Source: a virus (taxonomy: Duplodnaviria > Caudoviricetes). Taken from it: 64,000 bases of DNA. Where the stretch lies: IMG/VR virus record IMGVR_UViG_3300021093_000004. One strand, given 5' to 3'. The stretch's first letter is position 1, and the number at the start of each line of letters is the position of its first letter. Of the stretch, positions 27,418 through 37,080 are shown piece after piece. The position numbers and the translations under genes were made by a program. A model generated the notes under the pieces. It was not told the DNA's origin and ran no database searches. It saw nothing but the letters and a program-made list of their open reading frames with translations.

Positions 27418-28658
27418 TGACTGTGATATATGGCACAATTGTAGATGATGCTGTTTATAAAGGAGTCATTGAATTTGGTACAAAAATCACCAAAACATAT
27501 CCATGTGAATCTTCGCCTCCACATGCTCGTGTCTATTCCGATGATTATCTGATTTTCCCAGGATTTATTGACATCAATACCCATTGTCGAGAGGATACTA
27601 GCGGAGTCGAGACCCACAAAGAATGTTATCAGACCGCTGGCATGGCGGCATTAAATGGCGGCGTGACTTATATTGCCGATATGCCAGATAATCACATCCC
27701 TACAGTTGATGCTGAAACATATGCGGCAAAACAGGAATTAGCGAAAAAATGCCCAATCGATGTGTTATTATATGCCGGAATTGGACCAAAAACTTCGCCA
27801 TTTTCCAAACATGTGCCATATAATGTGTACATGGGGCCAAATGTCGGTAATTTGTTTTTCAGAGATCAACATGAATTAGATGTGGCTCTCGAACGTTATC
27901 GTAATATGTCTGTCAGTTTCCATTGTGAATGTCCGGTCATGTTGAATCGTTGCAAGAACGAATCGAAGCATGAAGCACGCCGCCCACAGATTTGTGAAAC
28001 GGACGCGATCAATTTTGCGATTGGTTTAATAAGCAAATACCGGTTGCAAGGGAAGATTTGTCAAGTTTCCACTGTTGCTAGTTTGAATTCGATTGATAGC
28101 ATTCGCAGGTCCGGTGTTCACGTATATGCTGAGATTACTCCGCATCACCTGTTTTTCAATCTTGATATGATTAAGCCAGAGAATCGGCCATTTCTTCAGA
28201 CAAACCCGCCCTTGAGAACAAAAGCGGACGCCGAAGCCCTTTTACAAGCATTGAGGCGTGGTGAGTTTGAATTCTTGGCTTCTGGTCATGCTCCGCATAC
28301 CGTCGCAGAGAAGATGACAAATGTTTCCGGAATTCCACATTTAGACACATATGGTGGCTTTGTGTCTTGGCTGATTTCTGCAGGAAATGTCGATCCAATC
28401 AGGATATTCAGAATGTGTTGCATGCTGCCCGGTCAATGGATCAATCAATTTACGGGCAGGAAAGTCGGTCGGATTTTGCCGGATTACGAGGCTTCAATTA
28501 CAATATTGAATATGACAAAATCAGTCGCAGATAGTCGTGGATTGTATACTAGATGTAATTGGAGTCCGTTTGATTTGCGGAAACTTCCCGGTTCTGTGGA
28601 GACGGTTTATTTGAAGGGGGAGAAGGTTGTCGATGGTGCTTATATGAAAAATTTCTAG
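27417..28658 (+). CDS. dihydroorotase-like amidohydrolase with substituted metal ligands (PyrC'-like)
   Basis: PGFID, GGVT..ADMP, HCE, EITPHHL, NPPLR retained; NTH, CQVST, SGHAPH replace ligands. Confidence 0.85.
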   Translation: MTVIYGTIVDDAVYKGVIEFGTKITKTYPCESSPPHARVYSDDYLIFPGFIDINTHCREDTSGVETHKECYQTAGMAALNGGVTYIADMPDNHIPTVDAETYAAKQELAKKCPIDVLLYAGIGPKTSPFSKHVPYNVYMGPNVGNLFFRDQHELDVALERYRNMSVSFHCECPVMLNRCKNESKHEARRPQICETDAINFAIGLISKYRLQGKICQVSTVASLNSIDSIRRSGVHVYAEITPHHLFFNLDMIKPENRPFLQTNPPLRTKADAEALLQALRRGEFEFLASGHAPHTVAEKMTNVSGIPHLDTYGGFVSWLISAGNVDPIRIFRMCCMLPGQWINQFTGRKVGRILPDYEASITILNMTKSVADSRGLYTRCNWSPFDLRKLPGSVETVYLKGEKVVDGAYMKNF

Positions 28659-29194
28659 AATTTCTTTGTCGGATCGACATTTGGGAGATCTTCTTCTGCG
28701 GCTTTGATTAAGCCTTTCCCGTTTTTTGCTGTGCCTTTAAGTAAATGTTTAGCTTGGCTATTATTTACCTCTCCTCCAAGGTTTGAGAGGGAGCTAATAT
28801 ATCCTTCTGGTCCTAGCGACACTTTCAATTTGTCTCTTAGCGGTTTGCTCAGAGCAGTCTTTTGGAGAGGCGTTCCTTTGGCTTTTCTTGGGTCAACATC
28901 GTACAAGGACGCTGATACCGTTGGCGATGTGAGAGACTTTAAGAAGGCCCAATCCTTGGCTCTGGATGCCGTTTCTGGTGCAGCCCCAGCCTGTTTAATG
29001 GCACTATCGACAACCCACTTCGTTTGTTCCCATCCTCTGGCGGTTGGTTTTTGAAGGAATGCTTGCATCGCTTGTGCCTCTGCACTTTTGGGGTCGAAGC
29101 TGGTGTTGATATATTGTATGAGATCCCCGATCGCGTTGGCGGAATCGCGGATTGGTTCGTCTGATTTTGCTTCTGCGATAGTTCTGAGTTTCAT
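28655..29194 (-). CDS. hypothetical protein
   Basis: 179-aa ORF starting MKLRTIAE. Confidence 0.7.
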   Translation of the reverse strand: MKLRTIAEAKSDEPIRDSANAIGDLIQYINTSFDPKSAEAQAMQAFLQKPTARGWEQTKWVVDSAIKQAGAAPETASRAKDWAFLKSLTSPTVSASLYDVDPRKAKGTPLQKTALSKPLRDKLKVSLGPEGYISSLSNLGGEVNNSQAKHLLKGTAKNGKGLIKAAEEDLPNVDPTKKF

Positions 29195-29266
29195 ACAATA
29201 GCTTTGTCGAATAAATATGCTTGTTATGTGTTAGCTACGTAGATACAATCATTGGAGAATGAACGA

Positions 29267-30238
29267 ATGTCATGTCAGAAACGAGCATTGATTAGCGGTA
29301 TTACCGGGCAGGATGGGTCGTATCTGGCTGAATTGTTACTGTCGAAGGGATATGAAGTCCACGGTTTAGTTCGGAGGATCAGTTCACCGAATTTTGAGCG
29401 AATTCAGCCATTTATCAATTTGGTCACATTACATCAAGCTGATATTCTTGATCAATCATCGCTCATCCGGCTCGTCTCCGAAGTTCAACCAGATGAAATT
29501 TATAATCTGGCATCTCAATCATTTGTGCCGGAAAGCTGGAAGAGTCCTCTTGCCACTTCGGAGATGACTGGTTTAGGGGTTACTCGATTTCTAGAAGCAG
29601 TGCGGTATTCTGGAAAACCGATTAAATTTTATCAGGCAAGTTCGAGTGAAATGTTCGGTAAAGTTCAGGCGATGCCACAAACTGAACAAACGCCGTACTA
29701 TCCAAGAAGCCCGTACGGTGTCTCCAAATTATATGGCCATTGGATGACTGTTAATTATCGAGAAAGTTTCGATATTTTCGCTGCATCTGGAATATTATTC
29801 AATCATGAAAGCCCACGACGTGGCTTAGAATTTGTCACCAGAAAGATCACGAATGCTGTTGCCAGAATCAAGCTGAAGAAACAAGAAAAATTAATGCTTG
29901 GTAATCTGGAAGCGAAGCGTGATTGGGGATTTGCGGGTGACTATGTTCGGGCTATGTGGATGATGCTCCAACAAGGTGTGCCTGATGATTACGTGATCGC
30001 TACTGGAATTGCTCATAGTGTTCGAGACTTTGTTGCAGCCGCGTTCGCTAGGGTTGATCTCGATTGGAATAAATATGTCGAGATCGATCCTAAGTTGTTT
30101 CGCCCGGCTGAAGTCCACGTATTGTGTGGAGATGCGACGAAAGCTAAGACCCAACTCGGATGGGAACCTGAAACGAGTTTAGAGCAATTAGTCGCGATGA
30201 TGGTAGATCACGATTTGGTATTGGAATCCAAGTCGTAA
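29267..30238 (+). CDS. gmd: GDP-mannose 4,6-dehydratase
   Basis: [28 protein letters not shown] (YxxxK), [12 protein letters not shown]. Confidence 0.97.
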   Translation: MSCQKRALISGITGQDGSYLAELLLSKGYEVHGLVRRISSPNFERIQPFINLVTLHQADILDQSSLIRLVSEVQPDEIYNLASQSFVPESWKSPLATSEMTGLGVTRFLEAVRYSGKPIKFYQASSSEMFGKVQAMPQTEQTPYYPRSPYGVSKLYGHWMTVNYRESFDIFAASGILFNHESPRRGLEFVTRKITNAVARIKLKKQEKLMLGNLEAKRDWGFAGDYVRAMWMMLQQGVPDDYVIATGIAHSVRDFVAAAFARVDLDWNKYVEIDPKLFRPAEVHVLCGDATKAKTQLGWEPETSLEQLVAMMVDHDLVLESKS

Positions 30239-30312
30239 ACCGTGTGCGGGTTGGCCATCCGCATGAGCACACTTGGTAAGTCGGCCCCTTACTTTGTTCG
30301 AGGAAAAATTTC

Positions 30313-30768
30313 ATGAAGTGCGGTCTGTTTGCTTTGGCGTTGGTCGCTACGATGCTCGTGAGCGATTCAGCAGAAGCCTGTGGTCTTGGTGGCTTGTTCG
30401 GCGGTCGATTTTCCTGCCGCGAGCGAGTGGTCGTCCGTAACGGTTGTGGGATGTTAAATCGTGGCTGTAATCAGAGCCAATCTTGCTGTCAGCCGTTTTG
30501 TGAAGCACGAGCAGTCATTCGTAAGCGAGTAGTCGTCCGTGACGGCTTTGGGATTTTAGGCCTTTGGATTCTGAATTGCAACGGCGGTCAATGCGTTCTT
30601 CCAGCCGCACCAACAGTAGTCGCACCAGCCACAACCGTGCCTGCACCTACACAGGTTCCTGCTCCGGTTGAGAAGAGTGTTCCGACTCCAGAACCAACGC
30701 CAGCCCCGGTTGGGCTGATTTATCAGAGTTTCGGCCCTGTGATCGGGTTCAATATCACTTCGAAGTGA
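30313..30768 (+). CDS. secreted Cys/Gly-rich protein with Pro/Thr/Ala-rich tail
   Basis: Signal-peptide-like N-terminus with AEA site; GAGGA SD. Confidence 0.75.
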   Translation: MKCGLFALALVATMLVSDSAEACGLGGLFGGRFSCRERVVVRNGCGMLNRGCNQSQSCCQPFCEARAVIRKRVVVRDGFGILGLWILNCNGGQCVLPAAPTVVAPATTVPAPTQVPAPVEKSVPTPEPTPAPVGLIYQSFGPVIGFNITSK

Positions 30769-30929
30769 ATACGGAAGTTGCACGGCAACTACCTTTACCG
30801 CTCAGCGAGGCTAGGGTATTCGCAGAGCGTTTAACACTTAATTGCACTAGACCAACTTCACGCAAAAATAGATTGTGATAACCGAAACCTCGGTAATCAG
30901 GTAATTGGTCCCATAAGGAGGATAGTGCA

Positions 30930-31328
30930 ATGGCTGCTCAACCAGCTAACACCGAGATCAAGGTGTTCCGGACAGTTCGATCCTTCCGGCAAATGCACAG
31001 ACATGAATCTGTGGCCGCTTTGATCAAGCGACTCCGGCCATTGGTCATGAGTGTGCCTGCCGAAGAGATCCTCGTCGAGGTCAAATCTCGCGACACGAAT
31101 ACGATGGACATGTCGCCATACATGGGCGAAGCTCGTCACAACGCCAGTCGTGGTTTTCCAATCGTCATCGGACTCAAGAGTCAGGTGTCGTTTGCGAATG
31201 CTCAGACCAATATGGCGAGTGTGGACTTCGCATTCCAGGTTGGTCACGACAAGTTCATCACCCACACCGAAGCCGGCCTCACTGGTGATCTTCACCAGGA
31301 TGCTCGCGATCTGACGGCTGACCTGTAA
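30930..31328 (+). CDS. hypothetical protein, possibly virion
   Basis: AAGGAGG SD; strong hairpin downstream. Confidence 0.7.
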   Translation: MAAQPANTEIKVFRTVRSFRQMHRHESVAALIKRLRPLVMSVPAEEILVEVKSRDTNTMDMSPYMGEARHNASRGFPIVIGLKSQVSFANAQTNMASVDFAFQVGHDKFITHTEAGLTGDLHQDARDLTADL

Positions 31329-31356
31329 TCAGTCGTTTAACACCCTCGGATGTTCT

Positions 31357-31390
31357 ACACTGGCCCGGTGATACCTCACCGGGCCAGTGT
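31357..31390. terminator. perfect 15-bp hairpin after 30930..31328
   Basis: ACACTGGCCCGGTGA-TACC-TCACCGGGCCAGTGT; no U-tract. Confidence 0.55.
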
Positions 31391-31439
31391 CGTATACAAA
31401 GATAATATGTCTATTTTAGGCAATATTGGAGATAAATAA

Positions 31440-31988
31440 ATGCCCGCAACAGTTGTAATATACCGGTGGACGGGATCTTCGGGATCTCCAACTAAGACGG
31501 CTATTCAGAGCGCGAACACTGTTGCAAACGCGACTGACACTCACCAAGCAACAGCCGCTGGTAGCTCGAACCCAATCAGAATTCCCGCTGCTGGTACTAA
31601 ATACAGCTTCTGGGTAGTCACTCGATTGAATGCCACGGTTACACCTTCCGGCACAATCGACAATATTGGCTGGCACACCGATGGTACCAACAACTTTGGT
31701 ACCGGCGTTACATGCTCTGGTAATTCGGCCACATCATATGTGCAGGCAACCGGAACAGCCGGTGACACGGGGAACCAATTAACCACTGGTAACTATGCAA
31801 CAGTGACAACGCCTGTTAGCGTCTTCACCTTTACATCCGGTTCTCCGAAAGCTGTTACCGGCTCGCTCACGAATCCGTCAACCGGCGACTTCGGTGACTT
31901 TTTCGTCTATCAGATCGAAGTTGGAACATCAGCATCGCCCGGCGTGACTGCACAAGAAACATTTACTTGGCTCTTTGACGAAACCTAA
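31440..31988 (+). CDS. putative virion structural protein (T/S/G-rich, beta)
   Basis: Composition and position before neck genes. Confidence 0.6.
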   Translation: MPATVVIYRWTGSSGSPTKTAIQSANTVANATDTHQATAAGSSNPIRIPAAGTKYSFWVVTRLNATVTPSGTIDNIGWHTDGTNNFGTGVTCSGNSATSYVQATGTAGDTGNQLTTGNYATVTTPVSVFTFTSGSPKAVTGSLTNPSTGDFGDFFVYQIEVGTSASPGVTAQETFTWLFDET

Positions 31989-31997
31989 GAGGATGTC

Positions 31998-32294
31998 ATG
32001 ACACAAGCAGATTCAATCAATAAAGGTGATAAATTCTGGTGCATCCACCGGCGTCTGCCAAAGGCGATGCTCGGTACTGTCATCGTCATGACTGATGAAC
32101 CCGGAAAGCTCGTTGGAATGGAATTCGAAGACTGCTTCGGAGGACATTCATGCGATGGTCGCGGGAAAGATGGTCATTGCTTATGGGTAGGCCCAGAGTA
32201 TATGTTGACCGAAGATGAATATGCCAGCGAACAAGCTGCGAAGCAAGAAGTATCAGCTTACTCGGAATTACCAAAGGTCGTGCTGAAGTCCTAA
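31998..32294 (+). CDS. hypothetical protein (SH3-like)
   Basis: GTVIV...VGMEFED..GGHSCDG. Confidence 0.6.
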   Translation: MTQADSINKGDKFWCIHRRLPKAMLGTVIVMTDEPGKLVGMEFEDCFGGHSCDGRGKDGHCLWVGPEYMLTEDEYASEQAAKQEVSAYSELPKVVLKS

Positions 32295-32319
32295 CGGTAT
32301 ATAAGACCGGGGGATTTCA

Positions 32320-32808
32320 ATGTCTACTGCACCAAATGCACCGCGATGGCTCGATGATCCATCGGCACCAGCCACACCGCCAGCGGCTACGACCGAAGGC
32401 TACGATTATAAGCTCACATGGGCGGTCAAGTATCGAGATGGGGTCACGTTTGCTCAACGTACCAGTGAGCTAGACAATTCATCTGAATTGATCGATCACA
32501 AACGTCTCTGGATACTGCAGCTTCGGGATAAATCCGGTAAAGTCGTAATAGCACAAGAATATCGCAAAGGCCAGATGCCGTTCTATCGCCGCCGCACAGC
32601 ATTGCGTATAGGCGAAAACATCATCGAAGTGATTCACATTTTTGGATGGCGTTCCTTATCTGGTGACACCCACGTCGTTTTTGTGTATGAAAGCGATCTC
32701 CGCATTGAGATGGGTGATTTCCGGAAAGAGGGCGAGGTGACGACTCGCAACGAGGAATGGCAATATCCAATCAATTTCCGTGATATTGATGGAGTTATAG
32801 TAGAGTGA
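32320..32808 (+). CDS. hypothetical protein
   Basis: 162-aa ORF. Confidence 0.7.
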   Translation: MSTAPNAPRWLDDPSAPATPPAATTEGYDYKLTWAVKYRDGVTFAQRTSELDNSSELIDHKRLWILQLRDKSGKVVIAQEYRKGQMPFYRRRTALRIGENIIEVIHIFGWRSLSGDTHVVFVYESDLRIEMGDFRKEGEVTTRNEEWQYPINFRDIDGVIVE

Positions 32809-32844
32809 TCCATCTAGCAAAAATATGCTAGGAGGACAACCGCC

Positions 32845-33378
32845 ATGAAATGGGTTCCATTCACCGTCCATATTAAGATCATTCCTGCAAATCCGAACAA
32901 GCGATTTGCTCACGTGCGAGATATGCAGAAAATCGCACATCTCGCCTACGAGGGCTTGGAAACGCTCGTACCCGACACTATTAATATTGCTCAGCCCGGT
33001 GGTGGACAGCACCGTTCTTTCGGAGGCACCGATCGCGGAGGGAACAGCGGGCTGGTCCATGGTTGTGCTGTGAAGCCACAATTTGGTGAAACCCCAGCAC
33101 AATTACAGATCACTGGGTTTTATAATTCTAGTGCCCAAAATATTCAACCATATCCAGAACTCGAAAGAATTCACGCTGGTGAAGTTCTAAATGGTCCGAG
33201 TGCACATTCTTGGGATTCAGTCCCAGTGACGACTGTTGTGAACGAGGTCAAGGCCCTTAAGACCGCATTGGAGGGAGCCATCACAACTACTCTGCCGGGC
33301 GGCGTCACATTCAACATTTTCCGCCTCGAATATTCTGGTGTGATGTATGGGGATCGTGGTTATCATTTCCCGATATAA
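32845..33378 (+). CDS. hypothetical protein
   Basis: GGAGG SD; 177 aa. Confidence 0.7.
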   Translation: MKWVPFTVHIKIIPANPNKRFAHVRDMQKIAHLAYEGLETLVPDTINIAQPGGGQHRSFGGTDRGGNSGLVHGCAVKPQFGETPAQLQITGFYNSSAQNIQPYPELERIHAGEVLNGPSAHSWDSVPVTTVVNEVKALKTALEGAITTTLPGGVTFNIFRLEYSGVMYGDRGYHFPI

Positions 33379-33387
33379 GAGGTCAAT

Positions 33388-33606
33388 ATGCGAATGGCAC
33401 GAGAAGACGTATTACATATTCGTCAAATCGCTGCCTCTCACGGTCGTGAATTGACCCCCGATGAAGTAATAAATCTCATCAGGCTTATAAGACCAAACAT
33501 AGAAATAGATAACGACCCTGGTTTGATTACATTATTGAGGCAATCGAGGCATAACGATGGCGATATTGGCCCCAGCGGATCTTCCGGCAGTTCTCAAGGT
33601 TCGTAG
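33388..33606 (+). CDS. small hypothetical protein
   Basis: GAGG SD; 72 aa. Confidence 0.55.
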   Translation: MRMAREDVLHIRQIAASHGRELTPDEVINLIRLIRPNIEIDNDPGLITLLRQSRHNDGDIGPSGSSGSSQGS

Positions 33607-34339
33607 CGAACCTATGAAGAAATTCGTCTTGTCGAAGATGGGCCATCCAATAACCGAAGTTGAAATCGCCGAAGATCAATGGGAAACAATTTTCAAGGTA
33701 TCGGGCGATTTTATCGCCGGATATTTCCCAAGAGAGCAAAAGCTCGGCGTATTTTATACTACTCCACTTAGATCGACATATCCTCTACCGCAAGACGCAT
33801 ATTGGGTTCAATCTGTAAATTGGGACCCAGTAACGACCCGCATTGATGATGTCTTTGGTGCGGGAAGTTTCTTATTCAATATTGGCAACATTTCTGGTGC
33901 CCAAAATGTTCTGTCTGACTATCATTTACTACAGTCATATCGCAAATTTAGCCAGAAGATTTTGGGGACTGAAGGGCATTGGGAAGTAATCGGAGAAGGC
34001 ACAAGCAACGTCACAGACGATCAATTGTCGGCAAAAGATCAATTGATCCGATTATACCCAACTCCAAAAGGTGCATTCCCGGTTGTTGTGTTGTACATTC
34101 CGGTCGTGAATCATTTTCGCAGTCCACAGGCCAGAGCTATCTGTTATGATATGATGCTGGCAGAAGCTAAGATTGCTGTTGGTAGTGCAAGAAGAAAAGT
34201 AGCCGGTATGCCGACACCAGATGGTGGCTCGATTAATTATGATGGATCGGATCTGGTTCAAGAAGGCGAAAAAATGAAAGAAGAAATCGTCAAACGAGCC
34301 ATCGAATTAGGTGAACCATTAGGTCCACATATGTGGTGA
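33557..34339 (+). CDS. neck protein, T4 gp13-like
   Basis: KFVLSKMGHPITEVEIAEDQ; PDGGSINYDGSDLVQEG. Confidence 0.75.
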   Translation: MAILAPADLPAVLKVRSEPMKKFVLSKMGHPITEVEIAEDQWETIFKVSGDFIAGYFPREQKLGVFYTTPLRSTYPLPQDAYWVQSVNWDPVTTRIDDVFGAGSFLFNIGNISGAQNVLSDYHLLQSYRKFSQKILGTEGHWEVIGEGTSNVTDDQLSAKDQLIRLYPTPKGAFPVVVLYIPVVNHFRSPQARAICYDMMLAEAKIAVGSARRKVAGMPTPDGGSINYDGSDLVQEGEKMKEEIVKRAIELGEPLGPHMW

Positions 34340-34343
34340 TCAC

Positions 34344-34835
34344 ATGGGTGCGGGTACACACCAATATCAATTAGAAATTCGCGGAAGCAACAAAGTTTTG
34401 GTTCCGGGATGCGAACCTTCATCCGCGTTGTCGTCGCGAACGTTATCCGCATACATGGCATCTAGACAAGGCTGCAAAAACGCATTAGTCGATTTAGATG
34501 ATGCGTTGGCTGCTATTCCCGGTTCATCTGTTAAGATCGGATTCAATTTCAACAAAGGCGTGCGGCAGAAGTGGTTCGTGCTGCCTCCAATAGACCCAAC
34601 ATGCCCATGTGTACCGTATCCTGATTATTATAATATATTGCGTAATATTCCTGGATCTGAATTGCCTGTGGAATCAGAATTCGATAGATGCGATTTAATA
34701 GGCATGGGCTACTGCCCATCTCCAGATTTCATGGACGTTGAACCACCACCGCAAGACCCATATCAAGAAGAAGGGTCATTTCCTGCTGCTGGCGGTGTAT
34801 TACCACCGGTACCACCATGGGCTGAGAAGACATGA
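34344..34835 (+). CDS. hypothetical protein
   Basis: 163-aa ORF in neck region. Confidence 0.65.
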   Translation: MGAGTHQYQLEIRGSNKVLVPGCEPSSALSSRTLSAYMASRQGCKNALVDLDDALAAIPGSSVKIGFNFNKGVRQKWFVLPPIDPTCPCVPYPDYYNILRNIPGSELPVESEFDRCDLIGMGYCPSPDFMDVEPPPQDPYQEEGSFPAAGGVLPPVPPWAEKT

Positions 34836-34968
34836 ATCCAGAAGAAATCGCTAGATTAATAACTGAAGACCCTGATTTGAATGTGGATATACGCGATAAC
34901 AATTGGTGGGTAATAACAGTATAATCGGTTGGCTTGCCTTATCACAAACATATCGTAGAGGACACGGT

Positions 34969-35589
34969 ATGATTCATAGATTTGGAATTTCACAAGGCGT
35001 TGGCGACGAGGCTTTCGACTCAGTACACGAAAGCTTTCGCTCTGATGTTGACCAACGACATACTCCTATAGCATTACATGATCCCGAATCTGCTGACATC
35101 AAATTGGCTCGGCGATTAGCCGACGAAATGATAAATGTTAGTGGGGCGGAGGTTAAGGTATATGTTCGTACTGAGAACAGTGATTATGATACGGTTTGGG
35201 ATGAAGATGCGGACCCGACCTATTGGGCACCGATGCTGACTAAGGGATTCTTTAAGCCCAAACCGATCGAGATGGAATTGAAGCGTTGGGGTGTCGATAC
35301 TACCAACAAAACGGAAATTGTCTTCAGTCACCGACAGATTTATAACTTGCTTGGTGAGCGTATGCTTAGAGCCGGTGATGTTATTCAATTGCCGTTCAAT
35401 GCTGTGCCAATAAGCCCAAAAAATTACCGCATCTTGAATGCGACACCCAGTGGTAATTTTAGATATATCTGGTTATATTTCACATGCCAGATAGAATTGC
35501 TCACTGCCGATGTCACCGTTCGTCCCGAGGCTGATATGCCGGATGAAGAACAGATTCAATCTGGTGGTCAATATAGGGAATCGTTATGA
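34969..35589 (+). CDS. head-closure/neck protein, T4 gp14-like
   Basis: ADEMINVSGAEVKVY...DTVWDED...KRWGV...RAGDVI; synteny. Confidence 0.7.
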   Translation: MIHRFGISQGVGDEAFDSVHESFRSDVDQRHTPIALHDPESADIKLARRLADEMINVSGAEVKVYVRTENSDYDTVWDEDADPTYWAPMLTKGFFKPKPIEMELKRWGVDTTNKTEIVFSHRQIYNLLGERMLRAGDVIQLPFNAVPISPKNYRILNATPSGNFRYIWLYFTCQIELLTADVTVRPEADMPDEEQIQSGGQYRESL

Positions 35590-35879
35590 ACAAGACTAAA
35601 TCACAATTGCAGATGGCTGACGAAGGATTTCGAGTATCAAACCATCGCTTTATGAATATGATTGCATCAGGGATCTCTGCATTGATCGCAGAAACTGTTC
35701 CTGGTCTTAAGCTGCAATATACCGGAAAATCTATTCGAGGTGACTCGATATCGGCTGTGCTTATTGGAAAAATTCAGCTTGCTGATAAGGAGGAGCTTGA
35801 TAGCACATCCGACAAAGTGCGAATAACGATGCAAGGGTTAAAAAACCCATCAAACTTGCTCGCAACCATGAGAGAATAA
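35586..35879 (+). CDS. hypothetical protein
   Basis: 97-aa coupled ORF. Confidence 0.6.
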   Translation: MNKTKSQLQMADEGFRVSNHRFMNMIASGISALIAETVPGLKLQYTGKSIRGDSISAVLIGKIQLADKEELDSTSDKVRITMQGLKNPSNLLATMRE

Positions 35880-35880
35880 G

Positions 35881-36756
35881 ATGCCGGTTTACAATTTTGA
35901 TAACGATTTCTCTGTTAAAGGCTCGGCGACGCAATCGTTGCCGTTTGGCTTAAAAGAGATACCGGCTGTACGGCAACTAAGTCATGCTGAAAGCGGACGA
36001 ACCCCGCTAGACGGATCTGACCTACAGACATATCCAAATCATCTCGAAGAATTTCTACAGCCAGGATTTTGGTCTCTTGATTCTGCTATGAAGCAATATT
36101 GGTGTGGGATTCGGGTCCCGACCAAAGACTCATACCGCTTTATGCGTGTAAAGGTTGCCGGTGGTGATAAGAGCCTGCTGATCTGGGCTGATGATCTGAA
36201 GGAGGGGCGTGCCCGATTGCCTTTGGCGGCGATCAGCCGTGAAGGTCACGAATTCAATCCAGAGAAATTTAGCCCTGCATATCATGCTATGACTGCTCGC
36301 TATCTGAGTCGTCGCGGCAATATGGCTGCTAAAATTTTTCGGCCTGTCCCGTTCTTGGTTGAGTATAAATTGATCATTTGGACGGAACGGAAGCGAGACG
36401 CTGAATATATCCTATATCAGATATTGACTCGTTTCAACCCTCTCGCTGAATTCAGGATGTTCGACGGGAAAATCGAGGGCAACGTGCAACTACGATATGG
36501 TGGATGTACGGATGCGAGTGATAAGGAAACAGGATTTGACCAGCATGCAAATGTACGTTATGAAATATCAACTACGGCAGAAGCTTGGTTGCCATTGCCG
36601 GAGAAGATTGTTCCGACCGTGCTTGGTAGAGTAGCCTTACTCAAGGAAAAATTAGGTGAGGTGCTACTTGCAGGGCTTGGGAGTTCAACAAGCAGTAATC
36701 AGTGGTTTGAACCGATTCAAGATCCGAACAAAGCACGTGAGATCGTAGCCCCATAA
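35881..36756 (+). CDS. tail terminator / sheath stabilizer, T4 gp15-like
   Basis: RPVPFLVEYKLIIWTERKRDAEYILYQILTRFNP. Confidence 0.75.
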   Translation: MPVYNFDNDFSVKGSATQSLPFGLKEIPAVRQLSHAESGRTPLDGSDLQTYPNHLEEFLQPGFWSLDSAMKQYWCGIRVPTKDSYRFMRVKVAGGDKSLLIWADDLKEGRARLPLAAISREGHEFNPEKFSPAYHAMTARYLSRRGNMAAKIFRPVPFLVEYKLIIWTERKRDAEYILYQILTRFNPLAEFRMFDGKIEGNVQLRYGGCTDASDKETGFDQHANVRYEISTTAEAWLPLPEKIVPTVLGRVALLKEKLGEVLLAGLGSSTSSNQWFEPIQDPNKAREIVAP

Positions 36757-36777
36757 GACATACACGGAGACAACCTA

Positions 36778-37026
36778 ATGGCACCTAAGAAAAAATCACA
36801 TGTTGTGCGAATTTACAACAATTCGCGGCAAATGATACCGCTTCAGGCTCGTGCACCCGGTGCTGACTTTTTCACAAGTGAACAACAAGTGCGACTCGAT
36901 CCTGGTAAAGATGTGCTTCTCCCAAAGAGCCATCTGCGGCGGGATCAAATTGAAAACCTACAGAAGCGTGGGATGATCAAAGTCGTCTATGACAGCGAAG
37001 TTGCTGAAGAATTAGTAGCTTCCTGA
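36778..37026 (+). CDS. small protein preceding tail sheath
   Basis: GGAG SD; 82 aa. Confidence 0.7.
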   Translation: MAPKKKSHVVRIYNNSRQMIPLQARAPGADFFTSEQQVRLDPGKDVLLPKSHLRRDQIENLQKRGMIKVVYDSEVAEELVAS

Positions 37027-37080
37027 ACGCTCCGAGAAAAAATACGTCAAAGTCGATAAACGACAGATGGAGTATGACAG

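Noticed and set aside
30242-30286. Hairpin GCGGGT-TGGCC-ATCCGC with possible GGCC pseudoknot before the secreted protein
   Set aside because: Only 4 bp of loop pairing with competing folds; unsupported without covariation
34832-34924. 30-aa ORF MNPEEIARLITEDPD...
   Set aside because: Too short to call; may be a remnant
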